Origin: Leucoraja ocellata
Taxonomy: Eukaryota
Length of the DNA: 64,000 nt
Reading direction: 5' to 3'
Assembly (NCBI GenBank): GCA_036785375.1
Contig: JAWMAR010000748.1
Location: 62,001 to 126,000, forward strand
Each line of letters opens with the position of its first letter. The stretch's first letter is position 1. This document shows, piece by piece, positions 35,479 through 48,020 of the stretch. The notes below the pieces were generated by a model. The model was given only the letters and a program-made list of their open reading frames with translations. It did not search any database and was not told the DNA's origin. The position numbers and the translations under genes are program-made.

Positions 35479-38285
35479 AGATACATACCATTGTTTATTT
35501 CCAGCAGGTTTGGGCTCATCCAGTCCCAGAGCCAAATACAACTTCACCCGCAAGTTGAGAGGTTTTGGGATTTGTATTCATCTCAAGTGAATGGATGAGC
35601 CGGTCAACTCCTTCAGGATCTGACCCAAAACATCAGCGATCCATGTTCTCCAGAGATGCTGTGTTACCCGCTGAGTTATTCCAGCACTGTGTAGCACAGG
35701 CTAACTGGCTGGTGCATACTCTCCTGTTTGACGTTGTCTGAATGATCACCGGATGACAATTCCTGGGAGGCTGTGCTATCTGTGTGCTTTTTGGCAAACA
35801 CACTGGCATTGTAGGATCTGCATGATAGACGATAGACAATAGGTGCAGGAGTAGGCCATTCAATGTGATCATGCCTGATCATCCACAATCAGTACCTCGT
35901 TCGTGCCTTCTCCCCATATCCCCTGACTCCGCTATCTTTAAGAGCCCTATCTAGCTCTCTCTTGAAAGTATCCAGAGAACTGGCCTCCACCGCCCTCCGA
36001 GGCAGAGAATTCCACAGACTCACAACTTTCTGTGTGAAATTGTGTTTCTTCATCTCCTTTCTAATTGGCTTACCCCTTATCCTTAAACTGTGGCCCCTGG
36101 TTCTGGACTCCCCCAACATCGGGGACATGTTTCCTGCCTCTAGCGTGTCCAAACCCTTAACAATCTTATATGTTTCAATAAGATACCCTCTCATCCTTCT
36201 AAATTCCAGAGACCCTTTTCCACAGGGATTGCAGCCATTCAATGCCAATGTCCGGCCTCTTAAACACACAGTGAACAGGCATTCAACATTGCCTACTCCA
36301 GCAATGTCCACTTCCAGTGAGTGAATAAAAACAACCAAGTTAAATTGCAATGTTGGGAAATCCCTGTTGCAAAGCAACACGGAACTATACTGATGTAATC
36401 ATTGACTGCAACTCTTTAGAAAATATGTTCAGTATTTGAAATGCTCATCTGTCAACATCAAGCTTCATTGACTTCTCTTATTCGGAATATATGGAGAAAT
36501 ATTACTAGAGTCATAGAGTCTCAGTGTGGAAAGGCCCGTCCACCCAACCTGCCCACACCAGCCAATATCTCTCATCTACACCAGTCCAACCTGCCTGCAT
36601 TTTGCCCATATCCCTCTCAACCTGCCCTAACCATGCACCAGTCTAAATGATTCTTAGTTGCCATAGTACCTGCAAAGTACTCTTGAATAGATTTGATTCT
36701 ATCATGTACAAAAAGACTTGTGCAGGATGTTGGCAAGGCCGCACTCTATACAGCGTTCGGTTTTGATCGCCCTGCTATAGGAAGGATGTTGCTGAACTGC
36801 AAACATTGTGCAGAGGATTCATGAAGATGTTACCAGGACTTAGGGGCTTGAGCCATAGGGAGAGGTTGGGCAGGCTAGGCCTTTACTAGAAGGAGTCTAG
36901 AGATATGGATGGGTAAGGTGTGAAAACGAAAGATCAAAGCGGACGATGCTAAGGAAATGTAGAATGGTTCAATGTTAGCTGTGGGGAAGTTTACAAGGAG
37001 GCAAACAAACAGTAACATTAATCAGGACAGTGAACTGTGGGGTGGGGGAGGGACAGAGAGAGAGAGAGAGAGAGAGGGAATGCAAGGGTTACTTGAAGTT
37101 AGCAAAATTCATAATGTTGGGTTGTAAGCTACCCAAGCTAAATATTAGTTTAGTTTAGTGTAAAGCTGAAACTCGCATTAAAGTGGCTGCTGACCTCACT
37201 ACCTGACACAGACAAGGCAGACTCTGCTCAGCTTCCTAAAAGTTTTAAAATAGTTGAAATGAAGGACACTTTGGTCGTGATTCAGGCTGTCCCTGCAGAC
37301 CACTGTATATCCATCGCTGATGGAGGAGCGTTGAACCTTATGGGACTCCTGGCTCCTATTGCCTTCTCTCATGAACAGGATCTGAGGCTAATCTCTATTG
37401 CCCTCCACATCCTGTTCCCTCACCAGTCCCCTGTCAGAACATAGAGTAATACAGCCCAGGCGGCACGGTGGCACAGTGGTAGAGCTACTGCCTTACAGCA
37501 CCAGAGACCCGGGTTCGATCCTGACATGCAGGTCACATTCTCCCAGTGTTCCTGGACCTGGAGTTGTCCGTCAGCCACATTCGGTTACGGACGGCTTCTG
37601 CACAGGAAAGGCCAGCAGACGGACTGCTTGACCTCTCACTACATTGATGGCCTTCCAGTCACTGTTGCTTCCAGATGGGATCAACGTGGATACAGAGCCA
37701 GATATTGAGTGTGAACTATGCGATTATAGCTATCAATATCAACAATGACCTAATCATGAATCAAACCTTCCTGTTGTATTTGACAAATTATCACAAACTA
37801 GGCCCGAACTCCAAGTGCCACCTATCCGTTCCTTCCACACATGCGGCATGGTGGCGCAGCAGTAGAGTTCCTGCCCTACAGTGCTTTCAGCGCCAGGGAC
37901 GCGGGTTCGATCTGTACGGGTGCTGTCTGTACGGAGTTCGTACATTCTCCCTGTGAACACGTGGGTTTTTGCCGAGATCTTCGGTTTCCTCCTCCACTCC
38001 AAAGACACACACGTTTGTAGGTTAATTGGCTTGGTTATGATGTAAAATTGGCCCTAATGTGTGTAGAACAGTGTTAATGTGCGGGGATCGCTGGTCAATG
38101 CGGACTCGGCCCAAAGCGCTGTATATCCAAACTAAACTAGGATGCTGCATGACCTGCCAAGATACTCCAACATTGTATTTTATTCAAGATTTCAGCATCT
38201 GCAGTTCCTTGCATCTCAAAAAATGAATGCTTACACTTTTTTAAATTATTAAATTGTGTTATCCAAGAAAGTTTTCATTAAATAC

Positions 38286-38466
38286 CTGAAGTCGATGGCG
38301 ATTTTCCACTTCCAGGGGTCTTTCCGCCCCCATACTCTCAGTAAACCATGCAATATCCACCAGGACTGCATCAAACCCAGCTCTGCAAATTCCATTCTGT
38401 TTTTCCAGCAATTCCAAAACCTCGTTGCCAGTGTTATTCTCTGCCACAACATGAGTAACCAAGTCG
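38286..38466 (-). CDS. POLM: DNA polymerase mu, coding exon 2 (BRCT second half)
   Basis: ttccttccAG|C GAC TTG...; (S)DLVTHVVAENNTGNEVLELLEKQ...LVDIAWFTESMGAERPLEVENRHRLQ; donor CAG|GTATT; 181 nt, phase 2 to 0. Confidence 0.93.
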
Positions 38467-39898
38467 CTGGAAGGAAGAAACAGTAAAATTCACAAAACTC
38501 AAAACTACCCCACGTACAAATCAGAACGTGGCACAAATAAAATTCCAGTTAGAGCCTACATCTGAAATATTAACGGCTGTTTTTCTTGAAAACAAATTGG
38601 AATTAATCCTGTCATGAGTTGATATGTGCGTTGTGAAATTAGGAGTATTCTAAAATGGCTTTCGTACTTAGTTCTCTGATCTCCCAACTCATTTTCTAAA
38701 AATGTCTTTCTGGTTTGGCTTGTGGATCCATTACTTTGCAAACAGAGGGACGGAAGAAATCAAGGACATAAAGCAGAGGATTTGGTGTGTACTGGAGAAA
38801 ATTAGACAACATTATGGATGGCACTGTAAGTCAGGTTTGCTAAGCTAACTGGAATACCATAAATTTGATGTTGCTATTGGACAGGCAATGGTAAAGATGG
38901 AACACAAGGAACTGCAGATGCTGGTTTACAAGAAGACACAAAGTACTGGAGTAACTCAGCAGGTCAGGCGACATCTCTGGAGAACATGAACAGCTGACAT
39001 TTCGGGTCGGGACCCTTCTTCAAACTGACTGTAGTAGGGGGAGGGGAGAAAGCTGGGAAAAAGGGAGGGCTTAGACAAAGCCTGATGTTGTAGGTGTACA
39101 CAGATGAGAGGGGGTTTGGTTGGTGGATGGGTGATCAAAGGCTACAGATGTAAAGGAGACAAGAGGGTGTACGGTGAGGAGAGGAGTGAAATGTGAGGCC
39201 AGTGGAAGGGATATGGGTGGAAGGGGACTGGGATGGGGAGGAGGAGGGAAAGGGATAACGAGGTATTGAGAGAAATGGTTGCACACCTCGGTAGGGCACA
39301 AGAGAAGGGAGAAAAATAAAGAGGAGAGGGGTCAAGAGGGTCTATTTTGTCTCAAAATGTTGCTGCAGAGCAACAAAATATACACTCCGGTTATCAGGAC
39401 ACAGTTAGCCTCCTTGACAATCCCACCATTATGAGCACAAAAGCAATGGATAAGATGCCAGGCGAGTATTCTGGGACATCTTTAAATATACGGGACTAAT
39501 TGGTGGCCATTGGTCATTTTTTAAAATTTGGATTTAATTCCAGATGCAAACTGCTGTTTAACTTCATTCCAGTGATTTTAAATACCAGTATTGGCTAAAG
39601 ATCAACAGCCCAAACATATAAAAAGTATTTTGGCTTATTTTGCAAAGAGGTGTGTTTGTTAGATTTCATTCCTCTCATTGTGGCATTTACCCTGTGAACT
39701 GGGAGCATTCCGCAAAACAGGCCCTGCAGCAATTCCAATGCATTGCAGATAACAGAAGAGTACCATTAAATCGCAAGTTAATAAATATTTCATTTTGATT
39801 CACTGCCATCAACGTTGACTCACCACGGCAATACTTCTGGTAAACTACCCAAATCACTATTAATGAGCAGGCAGCATATGAACCCAATCCTACCCTTA

Positions 39899-40455
39899 CT
39901 CACTGTCTGGCAGTACACATTTCCACCTAGATTTCTGGATGGCAAACAGAATCAGTATTTGACTCGGTTCATTATGGAAGGCTGATCCAGAAGATCTAGG
40001 CATAAGGGAGCCACAGTGACTTAGTAGATTGGATTCAAACTTGATTTGGCTACTGCAGTCTGCTTCCTGTGCAACAGATCCACAGCAGATCTCATAAGTG
40101 ATAGGAAGACAGAGGGAAGCGGACACGGATGGGACTCCCGGAAGATGACGGACACGGCCCAGCAACAACTCCACAGCGGCCACAGCGCTAGGCCCGACCC
40201 CGCCAGTCCAGGGCTGCCGGCCAACCTAGCGGGGCAGGCAGAGCCGAGCTGGAGCCAGCGGCTGCAAGTCCAGGGCCGACCTGCCAGCCCAGGGCCTACC
40301 CCGGACACCTCCGGTCAGGGACGGGGCCCAGCAGCAACACTGCGCACACAGCGCCGGAGAGCCAGGCCGGACCACGGCATCCGACGATACGCAATCCTGC
40401 ACACAACGCAGCACCACAGTTGCCCAGACTGTTTATAGCGAGTGACCTATGACCT
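39899..40455 (-). promoter_or_regulatory. Candidate intronic promoter/alternative first exon in POLM intron 1
   Basis: Minus strand reads AGGTCAtAGGTCA (perfect DR1, 40455-40443), 5 nt, TATAAA (40437-40432), then a CpG-rich tract and tandem donors GTGAGT/GTAAGG at 39903/39899. Confidence 0.4.
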
Positions 40456-43400
40456 GGGCATGTGCAATCGGAATACCGAACTCTCTTATTGTCAGAGTGA
40501 GGCCCAACACAAAGTGAAGGAACAGCATCTCATATTTTGCTTGGCCAGCTTACACCCCAGTGGTATGAATATTGATTTCTCTAACTTCAAGTAACCCTTG
40601 CATCCACTCTCTCTCCATCCCTCCCCCACCCGAGTTCTCCGACTAGTATCGTCCTTCTGATTAGTTTTCCTGATTCCTTGTCATCTTCCCCTCAGCTAAC
40701 AATGAACCACGCTACATTTCTTTATCATCGTCTGCTTTGATCTGTCGTTTTCACACCTTTAGACTTCCTCTCCCCTGACTCTCTGTCTGAAGAAAGGTCT
40801 TGACCAAAAACGTTACCCACTTTCTCTCCAGAGATGCTGTATATCCCGCTGAGTTACCCCAGCAGTTTGTGCCTATCTTCAGTGTAAACCAGTATCTGCA
40901 GTTCCTTCCAACAGTATTACAACTGTCCAGCTCATGGTCCAATCTATTCAAAATTCGGGCACAGAAGTATAGAATAACAACAAAACCTTTTCTATCTTTG
41001 TCAGCTTTACAGAAAGAATATATTGCAGACATTTCCGTGTTTCACATGTGTTTAACAAATCATAAGATGATCATGTCCTTTGCGTCATGTTATGTCACAC
41101 TTTGCAACCTGCTGCAGCATGTATAAGCTTCCAATTTCTCAATGTTTCATTTCCTTTATTCCCGCGACTGCAGTGAATCTTGCAACACCGTTTTCAAAGC
41201 CTGGGATAGTTGCGTTTTCCTCCATGATAGTAAACTGCTTCTAGTTTACAAACTGCTTTCATGTTTCACGGCTCCAGGCTGGTGTCCCGTCAGTCCAGGC
41301 AGGGCTGTAGGTTAACCCGGCGAGACAGGCAGAGTTGAGCTGGATTTAGCGCTGCCTCTCTGCACTGCCTGGGGGCAATGCTCCCTATCGACTCCTGATG
41401 TCTGGACGGGGATGGTCCAGTGGCGGTTCGGCAGCGATTGCGGCGCTGGAGACCCGGGATAGATCCTGGCTGCAGATGAGGCGCAGGTCTATGTCCATGC
41501 CGCGGCACGGCTGCCAAGCATTTTTATCGCTTGTGACCTTTGACAAATCCCATGATTCCTTGCGTTTTTTCGGAATACCAAACTCGCTTATTCTGAGGCC
41601 ATGACCTCTAGTCCTCGACTCTCCAACTAGTGGAAACATCCTCTCCACATCTAAAGTTTACACCATAAAAAACACAGAAGCCTCATCTTCCTTTGGTAAA
41701 CTATAAGCTAATTCTGTACGCACTCATACACTACTACGCTGTGCTTTATCCAGATTCTGATGGTCCTCCATTCCCTTTATATATTGATTTCAAAATTTGC
41801 CTCAATTTTTCTTTATCTAGCTTTTTTCAGCTCTGCAACCCTATTTATATCTCCTGGTCAAAGTACAAAGTGTTCGAATAACTCAGTGGGTCAGGCAGTA
41901 TCTGTGGGAGAAAAAGAGAAATGAAGAAGGGTCCCGACCCAAAACGTCATCTGTTTATCCCCTCACAGATGCTGCCTGACCTGCTGAGTTACTCCAAAAC
42001 ATCATATGCCTTGGAAATACATCTTTGGTTGTCGGCTCTAAAGCTTTGAACACCCATCCAAGACCCTTCACCAGGAATGTACTAACTTTGATAGTGTTAT
42101 TCACTACTACCTTCACAAGGCCAATTAAGTCTGGACAGTAAATACACATGGCCAGGAAATGAAAAATACTTCAAATAAATTAAGAAAACACGAGAGACAT
42201 TTATGGCAGTAAGCTGCAGTATTTTCAGCATTTTCTGTTTTTATTTCAGATTTCCAGCAACTGGAAGATTTTGCTTTGGTTACAAAAAACATCCAAACTG
42301 CTTAAACATTTGCTATAGACAGACATGAAAACTGGAGTAACTCAGCGGCACAGGCAGCATCGCTGGAGAGAAGGAATTGGAGACGTTTCGGGTCCAGACC
42401 CTTCTTCGGACTGATCATTCCTTCTCTCCAGAGATGCTGCCTGTCCCGCTGAGTTATCCCAGCTTGTTGTGTCTATCTTCGCTTTAAACCAGCATCTGCA
42501 GTTCCTTCTTAAACATATGCTGTTGTCTCTTGCAAAAGAAAAGCACTTAATATTTGCTTCTTCTGCATTGCCCATCTCACAAAACAGTTGGCATTTCATT
42601 AGACACAAGGAATTGCAGATGCTGGTTTACAGCGTCGCTCAGTGGGTCAGGCAGCATCTCTGGAGAACATGTCTCATGTGCGAATTGTGAACACAGAGAA
42701 ATTATTTTCCTTACAAACAGTCCAATAGTGTATTGCCATGCCCCCAATTGGCAAGTGTACCAAAATAAGTAAGGCTTAAAAAATAAGAGGCACCATGTTT
42801 TGGTGCCATTTCCAAAGTCCACGCATTAGGCTTCATAAGCGACGTCTGTTCCAGGCAAGTTCCAGGCAGCTGCGGGACTTCAGCCGTCTCCTTCCTTGGA
42901 CGGCATGTCCCTCTCCTCGCCTGTCCATCTTTGTTCCACGGGGTGCCTGCCTGCCGCAGCCTACGACGAGGGCTCGGTAGGCCAGACCCTGGTCCCCTCT
43001 CCTCTCCTACTGATCCTACTCCTCGCCTGTCATCGCTGGCTTCATCCTCCCAGTCTCCGATGGACAAACAGGTGATGGCACGGTGGTCTCCTCCTTCCAG
43101 GCCGGTGGTCCGCCGGGTCCAATGAGCAGGGGACCAGTTTGTTCCTGGACTCCAATTTAGTGGGCTCCCCTGAAGCTCAATCCACCTCACCTTTAGTCAA
43201 GTCAAGTCAAGTCAAGTCAAGTTTATTTGTCACATACACATACGAGATGTGCAGTGAAATGAAAGTGGCAATGCGGACTTTTGTGCAAAAGACAAACAAC
43301 AAAACAACCAAACAAATTATAAACACAATCATACACACATATTATTTTTTATAATAAATAATGGAAGGAAAAACGTTCTGTAGAGTTAGTCCCTGGTGAG

Positions 43401-43726
43401 ATAGGCGTTTACAGTCCGAATTGCCTCTGGGAAGAAACTCCTTCTCAACCTCTCTGTTCTCACCGCATGGCAACGGAGGCGTTTGCCTGACCATAGCAGC
43501 TGGAACAGTCCGTTGCAGGGGTGGAAGGGGTCTCCCATGATTTTAGGTGACTTTTCACCTTCTCCCGCCTAACAGAGATGCTGCCTGGCCCACTAAATTA
43601 TACCAGCACTAAGTGTCTTGTTTTTTGGAGTTTCATTACATTAGTCCTAAGTTGTGTTCAATTTACTGTTCAGCTTATTTCAAGTTTGTCAGATTCTAGA
43701 GTCAGGTACAACTCTAGCCCACTCAC

Positions 43727-43938
43727 CTCATCTGCTCTTCCACGCGAAACCCCTTTTTCCAAGCGAGCTCCGTCAGGAACCTTCTCCTGCTTGACCCCAT
43801 CCTCCTCTCGACCAGAAATACACCAACGTCACCAAACTTGACCTTCTTGCCAACTGTGCTGTTTCCATCCAAAGAGCCGTCGTATACAGAAGTCACCGCT
43901 ACATCTTTACACCTCTTCTTACGAGGCATCAGCGCCAT
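43727..43938 (-). CDS. POLM: DNA polymerase mu, coding exon 1 (NLS-like basic patch and first half of BRCT)
   Basis: Kozak-like accATGG at 43938. MALMPRKKRCK...VKFGDVGVFLVERRMGSSRRRFLTELAWKKGFRVEEQM matches the Pol mu/TdT BRCT start. Donor AG|GTGAGT at 43727/43726 (phase 2). A pyrimidine-rich acceptor (ttttctccctcAG, 43963-43962) implies an upstream non-coding exon. Confidence 0.92.
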
Positions 43939-44819
43939 GGTTGCGGGCAAGGCAAGGGAACCTGAGGGAGAAAATGGTGGGACAACAGTTAACATCAAAA
44001 CAAGGATAGCAACTGGGTCAATATCAGGAGTGAAACTTAAACAGATTAACTTTCTATGATTGACAAGTTTTATTCTGAAACTTAACTCCTGATTTTGGCT
44101 GTTGCCCTTCACATTTCCTTCCATCAAATTCCACATTATAGTTATTAAACTTAACTTTTCTACTTTGCCGCATCTGTTTCCTTGTCGACTACGTTAATTA
44201 ATATTAATTTTATAATTTGAATAAGCTGGGGATGGCAACATGGCAAAGGTCGGGGGGTAACATTTAGCAGATAAAACAGGCCAATTGTTGGAGAAATATG
44301 GTGTCAACATGGACTCAATGTCCTGAGCAAAATTTAAGATAAAAGCTAACATAGTTGACAAGGAAAACATAGAAAATAGGTGCAGGGGTAGGCCATTCGG
44401 CCCTTCGAGCCAGCGCCGCCATTCAATATGATCATGGCTGATTGTCCAGAATCAGTGCCCCGTTCCTGCTTTCTCCCCATATCACTTGATTCCTTTCGCC
44501 CTCAGAGCTAAATCTAACTCTCTCTTGAAAACATCCAGTGAATTGGCCTCCACTGCCTTCTGTGGCAGAGAATCCCACAGATTCACAACTCTCTGGGTGG
44601 AAAAGTTTTTCCTCATCTCAGTCCTAAATGACCAACCCCTTATTCTGAAACTGTGTGACCCCTGGTTCTGGACTCCCCCAACATGGGGAACATTTCTCCT
44701 GCATCTAAAATTGAACAGAAAAGTCACATTTAACAAAAAAGTTACATTTAATTGTTATAATGTGGATTTTAATTGCGGGAAACGGCCAAAAGGAGGAGTT
44801 AAGTTTAACAAATGAAACT

Positions 44820-45420
44820 TGTTAATTATAAAAAGGAGAGGGGACGTGCGTTGAGGAGAGAGCGTGCTGTACCGGGGAAGGTGAGCCGGTGTGCAGTCGC
44901 CTCCTCCGGGCGAGGGGGTGAAAGCGAGCCCGAGGCCTGGCCCGGCGCAGGCCGCAGGCTGGAGAGGAGACGCGCCTGGAGAGGGGACGCGCGCGGGCAC
45001 GGGCACGGCAAGCGCGCTCCCGCCGCTTCCCTCCTTCCGCGCGCGTGCACGCGCATCACCTCGACACGGGCGCGCGCCTCCCCTTGCCCCCGTGCACTTG
45101 TCAACGTCCCGGGGACAATCCCTCGAAATAAACATGCATTGCAAGGATTCCCACACACTGCTGGTTTACACCCAAGAACAGACACAGACACTAACTTATA
45201 TATGTAACCTTATATTGCAAGGTGGTAACATTTGCTGGTTGCATTGCATCCCATGTAAATAACCCTGTGGACAAGGGTTGTTCCGCAGAGCTCAACCTGT
45301 CTTCAGCCTGTGACTGCTGCAAAGTTACAATTGAAAGACCCGACAGCAAAATGTGTTAATTGACACTCCAATTACCCCGTAACCAGACCTCGCACGTCGC
45401 GAACTGCCATATTTTGATCA
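44820..45420. promoter_or_regulatory. CpG island, probable POLM promoter (possibly bidirectional)
   Basis: Very CpG-dense stretch 44840-45110 about 1 kb upstream of POLM coding exon 1. Candidate minus-strand donors GAG|GTGATG (45059) and GGG|GTAATT (45375). A plus-strand TATAAAAAG (44827) and donor AAG|GTGAGC (44881) are also present. Confidence 0.6.
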
Positions 45421-47797
45421 TGTAGAATGTAATGTACATGGATAGGACAGGTTTGGTGGGATATGGACCAAACACAGGCCAGAAAGATGGCCAGAGAGGT
45501 TTACAAAACATGTAGGAAGGAACAGCAGATGTTGGTTTACACCGAAGATAGACGAGTATAGTTGGGATATGTTGGCCGGTGTTGGCACGTTGGGCCGAAG
45601 GGCCTGTTTCCACACTGTGTCACACTGTGACCCTATGATACCAATCAACAAAATATCTGACCCACTGAGTTACTCCAGTTTTTTGGGTCTATCCGATTTA
45701 AACCAGCAGCTGCAGTTTCTTCCAAAAAATGTAATCAGCTCAAAGAGTGTGTAGCACATATTGTGAGTGTATATACCTTTAAGGATGATGTATAGAATTT
45801 GGTATGACTTCTGATACCCTGTAGCGTAGAGAAGTTGAGAGTTTATTTTAGTCCACACCCCCTCCCCCAAACCCCCCTTCCCACACACCACCTCCCCCAC
45901 ACCCCCCTCCCGTGTGACTGGGACCCAACGGTCCCACTTAGTCTAGTACCAAGTGAAAAGCAACAAGACACATAAAAGTTAACATAAACATCCACCACAG
46001 TGGATTCCACATTCCTCACTGTGACGGAAGGCAATAAAGTTCAATCTTCTTCATCTTTGTTCTCCCGCGGTCGGGGCAGCCAAACCATCCGCAGGCGGGG
46101 CGATCAAAGGCCCCGCGGCCGATGATCAAAGTCCCCGTCGGGGTGATCGAAACGTCGGGGCAATTGAAACTCACTCCGCGGCATGGAGCTCCCGAATCGG
46201 CCTCTTCTTACCAGAGGCCGCGGGCTTCACGATGTTGAAGTCCCACAGGCTCCCGTTCCTGCTTCGAGCGCCGGGTCGGTCTCCAGGAAAAGCCACCAAC
46301 TCCACAATGTTAAACTGCAGTGGGGAAGGAGATACGATACGGAAAAAAAATTGCATCTCCGGCGAGGTGAAAAAATGTCACCCCCCCCTCCCCCAGCACC
46401 CACATAAACAAACCGAGGAACACTAAAACATACTTTTTAACACATACTAAAACTAACAAAAAAGAAAGGACAGAAAGACTGTTGGCGAGGCAGCCACCCG
46501 GGTCATGCAGCAGCTCTGGGGAAGATTGAACCAAACCGTCACCTCGCCATGGTCTCCAGAGATGCTGCCTGACTGGCTGAGTTACTACAGCACTTTGTAC
46601 TTTTTGTAAACCCACATGAGCAGTTCCCTGTGTCTAGGCTTTGTCCTGCCCCCACCTCTCTTCTAGCCATCTCCCCACCACAATAAACCTGAAGAAGGGT
46701 CCCGATTCAAAACATCACCTTGCCATGTTCTCCAAAAATGCTGCCTGTCCCACTGAGTTACTCCAACACTTGATGTATTTTTATTGAGATCAATAGTACT
46801 TTCTGATATCAATTAGAATATAATGAATCACACACACACTTATAATCTGTTTGATTCAGTAACACAAAGGTCAGGGTAATTACTCATTGAGGAAGAATGA
46901 AAGTTTTGAGCAATATCAAAGATAACCGTGTCGGAAGGAACTGCAGATGCTGGCTTAAACCGAAGATATGACACAAAGAGGTGGAGTAACTCAGCGGGTC
47001 AGACATCATCCCATGAGAAAAGGAATAGAGTCTCGACCTGAAACGTCATCTATTCCTTTTCTCCAGAGATGTTGTCTGACCCGCTGAATTACTCCAGCAT
47101 TTCGTGTCCTTCGAAGGTAACCAGTTCCAGGGGCAACTAAACGTATATCCTACAACTAAAACATTAGAAGATATCCCAAAGGAATTTTGTTTTGCAGAAA
47201 CCAAAACAGTAGCAGAGAGAAGAGAGTGAAGCTAAGTTTGTGGTGAGAAAAAAGACTTGGTTAAAGATGTTTGAGACAATTTATTAAAACAGAACAAGAA
47301 GTTGCAACAGGGATTAGAATGGCACAGTGGTGCAGCGGGTAGAGCCGCTGCTTCACAGTGCAAGAGATCCGGCTTCTGTTCTGACCTCGGCTGCTGTCTG
47401 TGAGGAGTCTGCACATTCTCCCTGTGACGCGTGGGTTTCCTCTGGGGTCTTCCTCTCCGATCCCTGCTGGCATGTGGGGTGATTGGCCTCTGTAAATTGC
47501 CCCTAGTGTAGGGAGTGGATGAGAAAGTGGAATAACGTGGAACTAGTGAGAACGGGTGATTGATGGTCGGTGTAGACGGTGAGTCGAAGGGCTTGTTTCC
47601 GTGCTGTATCTCAATACTAAACTCCAAACTAGAACTTAACAGTGACCTTCATAGACCTAGTGCTTAACAGCTGGTAAATGGTAGAGCATGGGGTAGGGAG
47701 GCTCTGTGTTAGAGAAGGGGTGGTTGCAGATAAACTGGAGAAGGCCAGTAAACCAACATCTGCGGTTTCTTGTGGCACCTTAGTACTAACTATATTT

Positions 47798-48020
47798 AGT
47801 CATGGAGATATACAGCACGGAAACAGGCCCTTCAGCCCAACGCGTCCATGCCGAACAAGATGCCTGATCTAGCTAGTGCCCATATGCCCATAATTGACCC
47901 ATATACAGTACCTGTTTCCGACATTCATGGGCAGATGGGCACCAGCTAGATCAGGCATCTTTTTCGGCATGGACGCGTTGGGCTGAAGGGCCTGTTTCCG
48001 TACTGTATATCTCTATGACT
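47798..48020. repeat. Inverted duplication of a CR1 3' tail (~94-bp arms, ~35-nt spacer)
   Basis: 47798-47891 is the near-perfect reverse complement of 47927-48020. Confidence 0.85.

Noticed and set aside
42830-43195. GC-rich segment with 159-aa minus-strand ORF
   Set aside because: No recognisable domain; it sits next to LINE tails and is most likely a repeat fragment.
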